Assembly (NCBI GenBank): GCA_964016885.1
Contig: OZ024742.1
Span: 206,584,001-206,648,000 of the forward strand
Length of the DNA stretch: 64,000 bases
Reading direction: 5' to 3'
DNA from: Eledone cirrhosa
Taxonomy: Eukaryota
In this document: positions 52,467-64,000 of the stretch, in pieces
How positions within the stretch are numbered: position 1 is the first letter of the stretch
Layout: every line of letters begins with the position of its first letter
Translations under genes and position numbers: made by a program
The notes under the pieces: generated by a model
Database searches by the model: none
The model's input: the letters and a program-made list of their open reading frames with translations, nothing else
What the model was told of the DNA's origin: nothing

Positions 52467-52539
52467 TTTCATTCTGATGAGTGATTTCAGACATCTCTGT
52501 TTAGCTTGTCTATCTTCGTGAAACCTTTGGTAAATGGAA
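52467..52539 (+). ncRNA. Type I hammerhead ribozyme with intact catalytic core
   Basis: Stem I tttcatt/aatggaa, CTGATGA (52474-52480), extended stem II, GAAA (52520-52523), stem III cc-ttt-gg, GUA cleavage triplet ending at 52532. Lies in a PLE-A-type terminus (about 52350-52632). Confidence 0.7.
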
Positions 52540-52627
52540 TAATTGTCTTATGTTGTTTATTACATAATTAAATAGCTCTGTAGCATACATAGAGCACTCT
52601 CCTTTCCTTTACCCTTCGTACGGGAAC

Positions 52628-52691
<64 letters not shown>

Positions 52692-53010
52692 AGCATAATT
52701 TCAGCAAGATCGTATTTCGTCAGTGTCCAAAACAAAACAAAACGCAATCTTCGAGATAAGCCGGCAAGCGCTCAATGGACTAAGAAGAAACCAGAGCAAT
52801 TAACATGCGCTATAAAGGCCATACATATATATAATGGAAAATGGACTTGAAATTATGTTGATGATGAAGATACACACACATACACCCACACAGACCTACA
52901 TATACCAGGGATGTGTTGTCAATGTAGACAAAGTATGCCTACACAGATTAAAACTATAAACATTAGTGTTAAAAATATAAAAATAAATGGTTCCAAATTT
53001 ATTATAAATA

Positions 53011-53986
53011 CTAGCAGAAAAACCACCCTTCGGATGGATTTCTTCTAGTATGTATAGTGTGCGTATTGATATTATATGCAAATATATGCATGTCGATATG
53101 ATACATCAAATAAAATCGTAATTGACAATATACACAGAAATTGAACGAAGACTACGTTACACTGTCTTATGTAATCAGTAAAGTAATCCATGACACATCA
53201 AAACAAGACGATATTATATATAAACGACATAAGGAGAACATTAGTGATGGAAATATATGAATGTTTATTTAAGCGATCGCTAACCGAAAGTGTTGACTTT
53301 TGAAAATGTTAAAGAAGTGAATCTTAAAATAAGCAACAAAATTATTTATATTTAATCACGGATAACGAAATTTAGTAGATAAATTATATAATATTCATTT
53401 ATTATTTATTCAAAGGGCGGTGGATTGGCAGTATCAGTAGAGGGTCGGACGCCATGTTTTTCAGCAAAGAGTTACAGCCCGTTATGATCTGAGTTCAAAT
53501 CCCGCCGAGGTTAACTTTGCCTTTCATCCTTCCCGGGTCGATAAAATAAAGTACCAGTAATACACTGGGGTAATTGCTGGCCTTGTGCCAAAAAGTAGAA
53601 ACAATTATTTATTCAAAGTAATCCAACTTATTTGTAATCAGTAAAGTAATCCAACTTATATGTAATCAGTAATGTAATCCATGATACATCAAAACAAAAC
53701 GATATTATATATAAACGGCATAAGGAGAAAATTAGTGATGGAAATATATGAATATTTATTTAAGCGATCGCTAACCGGAAGTGTTGACATTTAAAAATTT
53801 TAAAGAAGTGAATCTTAAAATAAGCAACAATATTATTTATATTTAATCACAGATAACGAAATTTAGTAGATAAATTATGTAATATTCATTCATTATTTAT
53901 TCAAAGTAATCCAACTTATTTTATAAACGGGATAAAAAATATATTCTGGACGCAGTCCCGCACTCCTTACTTTATTATAGTTTAGA
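53011..53986 (-). mobile_element. Non-autonomous Helitron with internal ~250 bp tandem duplication and a SINE insertion
   Basis: Minus strand starts TC and ends with hairpin ccatcc-gaa-gggtgg then CTAG, between host A and T. Repeats at 53170-53415 and 53660-53905. Confidence 0.65.
53414..53605 (+). mobile_element. Family-1 SINE with TSD
   Basis: A and B boxes; flanking tttattcaaag duplicated. Confidence 0.85.
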
Positions 53987-54236
53987 TGCTTATTTAATGC
54001 ATGGATTTCAGTGAATAATGTTAAACAGGCACAATATATTTACTAAATATAACTCTATTAAAATCAGATGCCATGTATTCAGCTCCAAAATAAATTAAAT
54101 ATAAAGTCATAATTTCATAATAATTTGTACATTTGATGAGTGACATTACAAAGTGAGGAGTGTGCATGTATATGTTGAGCCAAGTTTTAGAAACATTATT
54201 TCATGTGAATGTATTAAATGGGAATTATATATATAT

Positions 54237-55418
54237 GATGGCGATGAATTTGTTTTGCGAGGTTTTTGATATGAAATCGTGTCTCGAACCAAATATTGTT
54301 ATACTTGGGGAGGGTCATATTGTTGTAATAATATTGCCATAAATAACAACAGAACACACTCACCGTTTAGTTGGTTTTCGCTTCTGCATCTTTTATATCT
54401 CCATAGTTAATTCATTTGGCCATCAATGTTTATCATTGACTGACCAACGGTAAAAAATACAGATATAAATACATATATATAGTCTAACAAAGTTCTTTAG
54501 TTGTACATCTGCAACATCATCAGTGGTACTATTATCATGTTTCCCCCTACTGTATTGTATGTATTGTAATGTCTACGCCATTTTTATTTTATCTATTTAC
54601 TTATTTATTTATTTATTTATTTAGATTTATCTTAAGTCAGTATTGTTTGTTTGGGTGTTGTTATTCCGTTCATTTTTTCTGTTTAGCTTTGGCTTTCTAA
54701 GCGCTATTTCGCTTGCTTCTCTGATTTGCCTACTTGTTGGGTCATTTCTATGTTTAGATATTATTTTAATTTCTATGTTGTCTATGTTACCGTCATGTTG
54801 TTTTCTGGCGTGTTAGTATAGTACTGAACCGTTTTTTTATCTTTTAACTCCCCCCAGTGTTGCTCTATTCTTTCTCCTATGCTTCGATCTGTCTCACCTA
54901 TGTATGTTGTTGTCATGCAAGCGTGTTTCTGCAAGTACCCTCTGTACATCTTATGCTATAGACTACGTTTCTAGTTTTACAGTTTATCCGGGGGTTTACT
55001 TTACATATAACACATTTCCTATTAGTACAGTGGGTTTTCTTAAAAGGGTATGTTTTGCTGATCAGGGATTTTATGGTAGTTCCTGGCTTTTCCACCACTT
55101 TAATCTTTAAGTGGGTCTTTTTTATGGCCTTTCTACATTGGTTAGCTAATTTCCCTCCAGAGGTAGCATCCACGAACATGACACTGTGGTATCTCTGGTT
55201 GTCGTACCATGAGGTGGCTTTCCCTATCTTATGTTTAGTCCTATCTAAGCTATTCCATGATTTACTCCTGTATAATGGGCAAATTCCTTTCATGTCCAGT
55301 TTAACTATGGAGATATAAAAGATGCAGAAGCGAAAACCAACCAAACAGTGAATGTGTTCTGTTATTATTTCTGGCAATATTATTACAACAATATGACCCT
55401 CCCCTAGTATAACAATAT
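54237..55418 (-). mobile_element. PLE family B 3' part with inverted terminal copy at the 5' junction
   Basis: Homologous to 18150-19340 (KIKVVEKPGT, CKTRNVVYSIRC). 55300-55418 is the reverse complement of about 54290-54410. Confidence 0.88.
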
Positions 55419-55937
55419 ATATATTTATGTATTAGCTATAAATGTGCATAATATACAAATACAACTGTATAAAAATTACAAGTGTGTATCTACCATGTTT
55501 ACGTGATAGCATTTATGTTTGCTTACATGTGTACATTGTTAGATTCTTTTTTATATATGTATATATGTATGTAATTATATATCATCATTATCATGTAACG
55601 TCCATTTTTCTTTCTGGCAAGGCTTGAACAATACACACACACATATATATATATCAAAAACATCATGGCTGCATTGTAGTGTTTGTGTAAGTGTCACGAC
55701 AAACTTTGATACTTTACACAATAAACCTTTAAAAATACACACACGTTTAAACATACATTTATACTCACGCATAATATCAACATTAATACACACATACTTC
55801 ACTTAGCGTTCCAAAATCTTTACCAAGACTATTTTAAGGTTAGTCTTGTTTACTCTCTTTATTTTCGTTTTTTTTTTTTACTTGGACTATCTTTTATTTT
55901 CTGTATCTATCCTTTGTGATCCTGTCTTTATTTTTGT

Positions 55938-55973
55938 ACTCTTCAAGAAGGGCTAAAGCCCGACACGTCGAAC
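55938..55973 (+). ncRNA. Degenerate minimal hammerhead
   Basis: ttcaaga-a-gggc-taaa-gccc-GACACGTC, compared with consensus CTGAAGA..GAAACGTC. Confidence 0.4.
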
Positions 55974-56042
55974 TTTATTTCCCCTTTTCCATATAACGCC
56001 TGAAATTAATAAGACTTTTTGTACATCTGTTTGTCGTTTCTT

Positions 56043-56073
<31 letters not shown>

Positions 56074-56710
56074 AAAAGTGTAATTTTCTACACAAAACGA
56101 AGGTTATAGAGAAAATTGAGGTTGGTAATGGCACATGGAATATATAAGAGACAGAATACTTTTTTGTGAAAAAACATAATTTTATAAGGTAAGGAAATAA
56201 TAAAGGGTATAAAAAATGACCGGTTTCGATGGGTCTGCAAAAGCCATCTTTTCAAATGTTGATTAATATTAAGAAAAATTAATAATACGAAGAGTTAAAA
56301 TTTGAGACTTGAAAATTCAAGTATAAAATTCATTGTGGGATTTCATAGCAGTTTTCATCTAGGTAGCAACAACAGGTTGACTGCTGTGTCCCTTTCTGGT
56401 AGTGAATGAGAAGTTATTTGGGGTGTGGGTTATTTTATAAAGGTCAGATTTAGCAATCACCAACTGGCCAGCTGCTGGTCAGTGAGGGGGTGGAAGCAAT
56501 ATACATACACATATCTTCCTGTGGTGGGTAGGAGAGTGGAGCGTGATAGAAAGGGATTTAGTGCACTTACACCTATATATACACACATACCTTCATCCAC
56601 ACATACATATACATATACATATATATATATATATATATACATATACACACATACATACACACACACATACATATACATACACACATACACACACACACAT
56701 ATATACACAT

Positions 56711-56769
<59 letters not shown>

Positions 56770-57456
56770 TATATATACATACACATACATCCAGATACAC
56801 ACATACATACACACACACACATATATATATACACACATATATACACACACCCCCACCCCCACACATACATACACACACACACACATATATATATACATAC
56901 ACACATACAAACATACACACACACACACATATATATATACACACATACACACACACATATATACACACACACACACACACGCATATATATATATATATAC
57001 ACATACGCATACATCCAGATACCCACATACATACACACACACACACGCACACACAATACATACATCCACATGCACACACATACACACACACACACATATA
57101 CACATACATACACCCACACACAGATAAATGGCCTTCAAATATATATATATATATATACATACAGACACATATATTTTTTCCATAATATAAGAAGTTGGGG
57201 CAGTGAAATTAAAATACAAGTCATTCTGATCACATTGAGTTCTTCATGTAGATTGGGCCCCGCAACCGACAGTGGTGAATTCTGTGTGCGCATATATATA
57301 TAGATATATGTGTGTGCACGTGCAGGGTTTAACATGGATGTGTTGGTCACACAAAGGCATGGTCTGTCAATGAATAAACCTGATTCTACAGAATTGGTCT
57401 CTGGTCTTTAATAGTAGTGATTCCGTGCGTATGTGTGTTTATATTTTATGACGATT

Positions 57457-58062
57457 CTATTGGGGTGATAACCCGTTTAGTTTTGGTTTAAATTTGTTAA
57501 GGAATAGATTTTCTTTGTTTATTCTTTGTTGCTGTGTGAACGAATCTGAGCACTTGTAGAAGGGGAAGATTTTAAAGTTGGGTAGTGTCATTCCTGCGCA
57601 GTTCGCAATATGGCTGCTCAAGGGGATTTTTCTTGTGTTAGCGTCCCGGATTTGTTGGCGGTGGATGGTCATTCTTTTGCGTAATGAGGTGCCCGTCTGT
57701 CCTATGTAGTTGTGTTTGCACCCACCGCAAGTTATTGCGTAAATCAAGTTCTCCGAGTTGCAGGTGAAATTGTTTTTTACTGTAAATGTTTGGCCATCTT
57801 TGAATGTAAATGTTTGTCCTTCAGTGAGGTAGAGGCACGTTCCACAGTTTGTTCTACCACATTTGGTAACTGTAGGGTTGAGGATTGGTTTGGGTATATT
57901 TGGTACAGTGAGAATGCGTTTAAGTGATTTGGGTTGTCTTTTACTTTTAAGGATCTTGTGTGTTTCAAGAATAGACTTCATTTTTACATCTTTAAATAGG
58001 ATGGGGAGGTTTTTGTGTAGGTGATCAAACATTTCGGTATTTCTGGGGTTGAAAGTGGATAC
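57457..58062 (-). CDS. Uninterrupted GIY-YIG endonuclease region of a PLE (no native start)
   Basis: About 200 codons without stops, from YVSTFNPRN to GLSPQ*. Confidence 0.7.
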   Translation of the reverse strand, partial: VSTFNPRNTEMFDHLHKNLPILFKDVKMKSILETHKILKSKRQPKSLKRILTVPNIPKPILNPTVTKCGRTNCGTCLYLTEGQTFTFKDGQTFTVKNNFTCNSENLIYAITCGGCKHNYIGQTGTSLRKRMTIHRQQIRDANTRKIPLSSHIANCAGMTLPNFKIFPFYKCSDSFTQQQRINKENLFLNKFKPKLNGLSPQ

Positions 58063-58524
58063 ATATGTGTGTATGTGTATATATGTGTGTGTGTGTATGT
58101 GTGTATGTATATGTATGTGTGTGTGTATGTATGTGTGTATATGTATATATATATATATATATGTATATGTATATGTATGTATGTGTAGATGAAGGTATGT
58201 GTGTATATATAGGTGTAAGTGCACTAAATCCCTTTCTATCACGCTCCACTCTCCTACCCACCACAGGAAGATATGTGTATGTATATTGCTTCCACCCCCT
58301 CACTGACCAGCAGCTGGCCAGTTGGTGATTGCTAAATCTGACCTTTATAAAATAACCCACACCCCAAATAACTTCTCATTCACTACCAGAAAGGGACACA
58401 GCAGTCAACCTGTTGTTGCTACCTAGATGAAAACTGCTATGAAATCCCACAATGAATTTTATACTTGAATTTTCAAGTCTCAAATTTTAACTCTTCGTAT
58501 TATTAATTTTTCTTAATATTAATC

Positions 58525-58572
58525 AACATTTGAAAAGATGGCTTTTGCAGACCCATCGAAACCGGTCATTTT
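58525..58572 (+). ncRNA. Minimal hammerhead with U3:A8 core (mirror copy at 56213-56260, minus)
   Basis: TTGAAAA, stem II gatgg/ccatc, GAAACCGGTC palindromic stem III. Confidence 0.6.
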
Positions 58573-58672
58573 TTATACCCTTTATTATTTCCTTACCTTA
58601 TAAAATTATGTTTTTTCACAAAAAAGTATTCTGTCTCTTATATATTCCATGTGCCATTACCAACCTCAATTT

Positions 58673-58728
<56 letters not shown>

Positions 58729-59214
58729 CATATATGATTTTTATGTTTGCTTTTTCATTATTGCATGGTTTATATGTTTCTTCTCCAGAAGAGTGTGTTG
58801 TTATTTATTGCATTCATTTGACGTCTCATCTGTAAGGTTCAGCATGCTAAAATCAGTTTTTACCACCTGCCCACATCTTCCTTGGTCTTCCTCCTCCTTG
58901 GCTCCCTTACCCTTGGAATTCCTGGTACTTTTTTACCTAATTGTTAGCATGTTACAGTGATGTGGAGAGCATACTCACACACTATATCAAACAATACAGA
59001 TGGAATATCCCTGCCAAAACCTATGTAAAATTTTTGTATAATATACCAGAAATAATGATCTGGATCAGAATAAAAAGTGTGCCCAACAGACATTGACATA
59101 ATGTTAAATATAAAAAAAGAAAACATTGATGATGAACTAATGAGAAATCTGCTGATATTCCAGCTTTACTATAAAATTACTTGTGCCAAAAGTAGAAACA
59201 ATTATTAGATTTAA

Positions 59215-59416
59215 CCCATTAGAGTTTACATTACTCTATATTTACTATTATATCTTCACAGTAAATTGTCTCACATAATATCGAAACTGAGATTTTGATA
59301 TTATTTATTTTGAGAACAATACCTTCATGTCAGTATCAGTGGCAGGTTATGGCTGGTTTAAACAGAAAGAGGTGAGAGAATTCTGGCTGGATGCGGCTGT
59401 TTTAAATGCTAAAGGG
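59215..59416. mobile_element. piggyBac-like MITE
   Basis: TTAA-CCC...GGG-TTAA with an imperfect ~14 bp TIR. Confidence 0.55.
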
Positions 59417-60017
59417 TTAAAGCTATGATTACTGCTGCACTGTGTTACATAACTAACTACTTCAGCATCAATCTTGAGAAGCTGGGTTTCACAGAACTAG
59501 AAAGGACATGGCTAATTAAGAAATTATAATTACAAGCCATTAATGGAACTGTAAAAATATGTAAAACATTCCAGATGTAGTAGGTACTCATGACACACAC
59601 ATGTACATACATACACATAGATACATACACATACATACATATACACATGCATACATACACATATACATGCATATACATATGTTTAACTACTTGGAGTTGA
59701 CTAAATTCCAAAGAAAGGACCTTGTTCCTGGGTTGGGAAATGACTCTTTTTCTATTCCTGAAAACTAGTACACACACACACATACATAAATATACATACA
59801 TGTATGTACAGATCCACACATGCAATAACACCCATACCTGCAATCACAAACACATACAGTCATACATACTTATTTACCTAGTTGATGTTATCTAAATTTT
59901 TCTATGTTACAAACCGACTCTCTCTATTGGTGAACGTTTATAAAATAATAAAACCAGAGGAAAATACATACATGAACACATATACAGGCTTACACATTGA
60001 TACATGCTTATATACAT

Positions 60018-60068
<51 letters not shown>

Positions 60069-60436
60069 GTGGTTATATACATACATACATTCAAGAGCTA
60101 CATCAAATGAAGACATAAGTTCAGTTTGTAATTCTATCCACTATTTGAATTGGTACAACTATGACGACACATGAAGACTGTGTTTGTTTATTTATTCATT
60201 TGATACGGGTGGACCAGACCAACCATATACAATTGTTGATTTAACCTCACAGATCTATTTGCCATCCCTTTTACTGATAATTTTAACTTTTAATCAGAGA
60301 AAAATTTGAAACTATAACAGTTTTCATATGATGCTCTAAGTTGAATATATGCACATGTATATACGTTGAGGGCGTATGCATATGTATGTGGGTGTGTATC
60401 TGTGTGTGTATGCACATCTCTCTCTCTCTCTCCCTA

Positions 60437-62647
60437 TCATCATCATCATCACCGTTTTATGTCTGTTCTTCCACGCTAGCATGGGTTAGACGGGTCGTCC
60501 TATTCTGAGCAGTGTCCAGTCAGCTGATCTTGTCTTGCTCATACAGGAACTGATTCTGGCTTGATTTCTACAGCTGGATGCCCTTCCTAACACCAACCTC
60601 ATTTACAGTGAGTGTTGGGTGCTTTTTTTCTGTGGCGCCTACACGTCCACTTTACAGTGTGGGCCGGGTGCTTTTTTGCCGTGGCACCTCCACGACCACT
60701 TTGCAGTGGGGGGGGGGGAGGGGGCATATTGTCTATATGCTTCAGCTTCGGCTTCTTCCTGTGGGGGGTCGGGTCTACTGTATTACTGCGTGACGCCAGA
60801 GGTCACGGTCATGTGTAATTGCCCTTGAGAGGTGCAATTGGGTAAGGTTGGCCTTTATCACCTCATCCCAGGTCTTCTTGGGTCTCCCCACTCCGCGGCT
60901 TCCATCGACTTCTAGTGCTCTGCACCTTTTTATGCAGCTGTCATCCTTCATACGCATCACATGTCCATACCAACGTAGCCTCCTCTCCTGCACACAGCAT
61001 GTGATTCCTCTTGTGCTCAGTCTCTCTCTCAATTCGCTTATACTTTGCAGTTCACGTATACTACTATTAAATATCCATCGGAGCATGCAAGCTTCGTTTC
61101 TTTCTAGTCTGTGCAAGTCTTCCACAGACAGCGCCCAGGTTTCACTTCCATGTAACATTGCTGTTCATATACACGCATCATACAGTCTGCCTTTCATTTT
61201 GAGGGAAAAGCCTTGTGCAACTAGCAGTGGCAGTAGATCCCTGAACTTCTTCCATCCCGTTCTTACCCTAATTATTGTACTTTCTGAACACCCACCTCCG
61301 CTGCTAATTCGGTCACCTAGGTAGCAGAAGCTGTCTACTGTTTCTACAGAGCCCTCCCAGAGTTTGGTGGTGCTTGTTTCCTGTGGTCATTTGCTGCTTG
61401 CTGTCCCAACGCAGCTGCTACATATGAAGCCTACATTCTTAGTTAAACTTCCTGAGATCCCACTACATCTCTTGTCTACCCATTGTTTGCATTTGGAGCA
61501 GATAATGGAGTTCCTACCTACACCTTTCCTACATACTGACCAAGGCCATTTCCCTGAGGGAATCTGGGTTCTGTTTTCTCGTTTACTTACAAGTACCTCT
61601 TTCTTTCTAGTCCCTGCTTCCATGTTTGGAATTTCTTCTCTAGTTCCACCATGGATTCAGCTATATGTGCGAGATCATCCGCATACAGGAGTTTCCATGG
61701 GCATCCGGTCTTAAACTCCTCCGTTATTGCCTGCAAAACCATAATGGACAGGAGACAGCTAAGGTGGACACCAATCTGTATGCTAAATTCCTCGTTATAT
61801 TCATTGCTAACTCTAACTTTTCTGACTGCTCCTCTATACAGGGCTTGTACAGCTTTCACAAGCCATTCATCTACTCCTAATTTTCTAAGAGCCCACCAGA
61901 TTATAGCACGGGGCACTCTGTCAAAGGCTTTTTCCAGATCGACGAATTCCAGGTAGAGCGGCTTACTTTTAGCTAGTTACTTTTCCTGTAACTGCCTCAC
62001 AAGGAAGAGGGCATCAGTGGTGCCTTTTCCTGGTACAAACCCAAATTGCATCTCATCTAGTTTCACCCAGTCCCTAATAAACTGTGTTATAACTCTTTCT
62101 GATACTTTCATGACCTGGTCCATCATCTTTATACTTCTATAGTTTCCTCTATCTAGTACATCGCCTTTACCTTTGTAACAGTTGACAAGGATGCTGCTGC
62201 ACCAATCCTTTGGTATGATACCCTCTAGTATTACCTGGTTAACAATTCGTGCCTTCAGCATCTCGGCAGCTATATCCGATGGACCGGTTGCCTTCCCTGT
62301 CTTCATATCTTTGATTGCCTTTCTTACTACGCTGCTGCTGACTTGTACTGCTGGCCCCTCTATAGTTCCGCTTGGGGTAGGGTCTCTTTTTCCCATGCAT
62401 TCTCCTCGTTTAATAATCTTTCATAATGGCTCTTCCATACAGCTTTCTTCTCGGCACCTGTGAGGGCCAGCTCACCATTATCATTCCGGATACACTTTTC
62501 TCCAATGACATCACAATTCTCTCTGACACACTGCCTTGCAATCTTCAACACCTCTTGTTTCTGGTCCTCACGTTGTAAAACATGCTTGCATTTTCTGTCC
62601 TCTGCTTCCCTTCTAGCTAAGTATACTTGTCGCCTAGCTACAGCTAT
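60437..62647 (-). mobile_element. 5'-truncated RTE LINE with 3' UTR and (GAT)n tail
   Basis: GKATGPSDIAAEML, NYRSIK, QFGFVPGKGTTDA, DLEKAFDRVPR, LLYADDL, MLHGSETW, GRPKKTW. Confidence 0.92.
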
Positions 62648-62936
62648 GAGGCAGGAGTTGGCTACCAACAAGTGTGAGCCCTGTGAGAGGGAGTGGCTGT
62701 TCCAACATTTCTCCTTCAGCATCCTCTCTGGTAATGCCTTCTCCATCCTGTCAGCCAGGACATCAAGGTGGACTGATCCTTGAACAGTGAGTAATATACA
62801 CAGATCACACATTCGGTTACCCACACCCATACATGCATGCCAAGAAAGGTAATGTTGACCTGGGAAACATTTGAATTCATTTCATATATGTGTAATATCA
62901 TTATATATAACAAATCAAGGTGTAGTGCGAGTGTTG

Positions 62937-63116
62937 GATGTAAAGTTCATAGGCTGATTATCAAGTAGTGATGCTAGGGCTGTGAAATTTTGCATGCATT
63001 AATTTCAACTTTTCTTATTAATGACTGCATTGTTTGTTTCCAGCGACTATGTTGGAAAATAAAGCTCATTTGGTAATTCCATGAGAGTATCTTGGTCAGC
63101 CTATGAACTTGTCATC
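62937..63116. mobile_element. MITE with ~20 bp TIR, mariner-like
   Basis: aagttcataggctga / tcagcctatgaactt. Confidence 0.55.
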
Positions 63117-63464
63117 TTTAGCATTATTCAAAATAGCTTTGCTCAAAATGAATGGAACCATGAAATACACACATATTGCTTCATACATTTCAATTAAATA
63201 ATGAAAACCTTGGAGGGATTTAGCAAAATAACTAACTTTGTCAATCTTGAGTTGGTGCTTGGAACATAACAAAAAGAAATAAAATAAAAGTATAGCATGC
63301 ATAGCATAATCCCACAATTCCTGATAGTGTCATAGGGGCGTTGTTCTGACACACAGTGTTTCTTGGGCCTTTTAAGCCTGACGGAGCCCATCCCTCTCCA
63401 GGCCTGATTTCTTCCAGAGAAAGATAGAAAGTAAGAGAGAGACATAGAGGAAGAATCGACCCTA

Positions 63465-63560
63465 GTACTAGACTGGTATGTTTTTATCAATCTCGAAAGG
63501 ATGAAAGGCAAAGTTGACCTTGGCAGAATTTGAACTGGAAGGAATACCATAAAGCATTCT
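63465..63560 (-). mobile_element. Degenerate family-1-like SINE
   Basis: aggatgaaaggcaaagttgacc...atttgaact matches the family-1 body. Confidence 0.6.
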
Positions 63561-64000
63561 ATCTAACGTTATAATGACGGTATAATTTGTTGCCTTAAGT
63601 TTAAGTATAAATATCTTAGATATAAGTCCAACCCTTGCAAGCAGGGAAAAGCGGACGTAAAATGAAAAATGAAATGATGATAATAGGTTTTGTAAATAAA
63701 CCAAAAGTTATCTGAAGTGGGATGGCATGTATAAGATTAAGCCAATATCATAGTGTTAGAGTCAGAATCTTAAAAGTCAAATATTTTATTGAGCTTTAAT
63801 ATATAAACAGTAAATAGGAAGGTAATGAAAGCCAGTTAACAGTACGAAGATGGAGAAAAATACATTTATACACTATTTCAGCTTTAACAAGACCTAATTA
63901 TGAAATAAAAAATTGTATAATATGCACAGTCCATCTAGCTGTAAATTGATACCAACAGGAACTACAGCTCATTGATGTAAGCTATGGGAGCACTGCATAA

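Larger units (their letters stand above)
56108..58677 (-). mobile_element. PLE family C (Neptune-like Cys motif plus GIY-YIG), 5'-truncated, with ~615 bp inverted terminal copy
   Basis: KCGRTNCGTC, FTCNSENLIYAITCGGC..YIGQT..LRKRMTIH at 57457-58062. 56108-56725 is the reverse complement of 58063-58677. Confidence 0.9.

Overview
AT-rich eukaryotic (animal) genomic DNA dominated by transposable elements and microsatellites. The SINE/LINE repertoire looks cephalopod, probably Octopus; this is inferred from memory of repeat families, not verified. No intact host gene, rRNA, true tRNA or CRISPR array is visible. Most listed ORFs are translated microsatellites or antisense shadows of retroelement ORFs. 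Retroelements: one CR1/L2-group LINE, several RTE LINEs, three L1/Tx1 elements (one about 6 kb and full length), two R4/Dong-like RLE elements, at least three families of Penelope-like elements (PLEs), a non-autonomous LTR element and two tRNA-derived SINE families. DNA elements: hAT-, piggyBac- and mariner-like MITEs and a non-autonomous Helitron. The most interesting signals are: (1) more than a dozen hammerhead-ribozyme-like motifs, mostly at PLE-type 3' ends, including a U3:A8 compensatory core and a repeated U4C core; (2) three PLE copies with an inverted terminal copy at the 5' truncation, one with a perfect 17-bp fold-back hairpin on the RT YRDD codons; (3) one (TAA)n tract hosting Dong-like, Tx1 and SINE insertions; (4) a probable decayed, spliced syntaxin-like gene on the minus strand at 24.1-27.9 kb that the ORF track misses; (5) a ~0.9 kb inverted duplication. 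All alignments were done by eye and coordinates of element ends are approximate.
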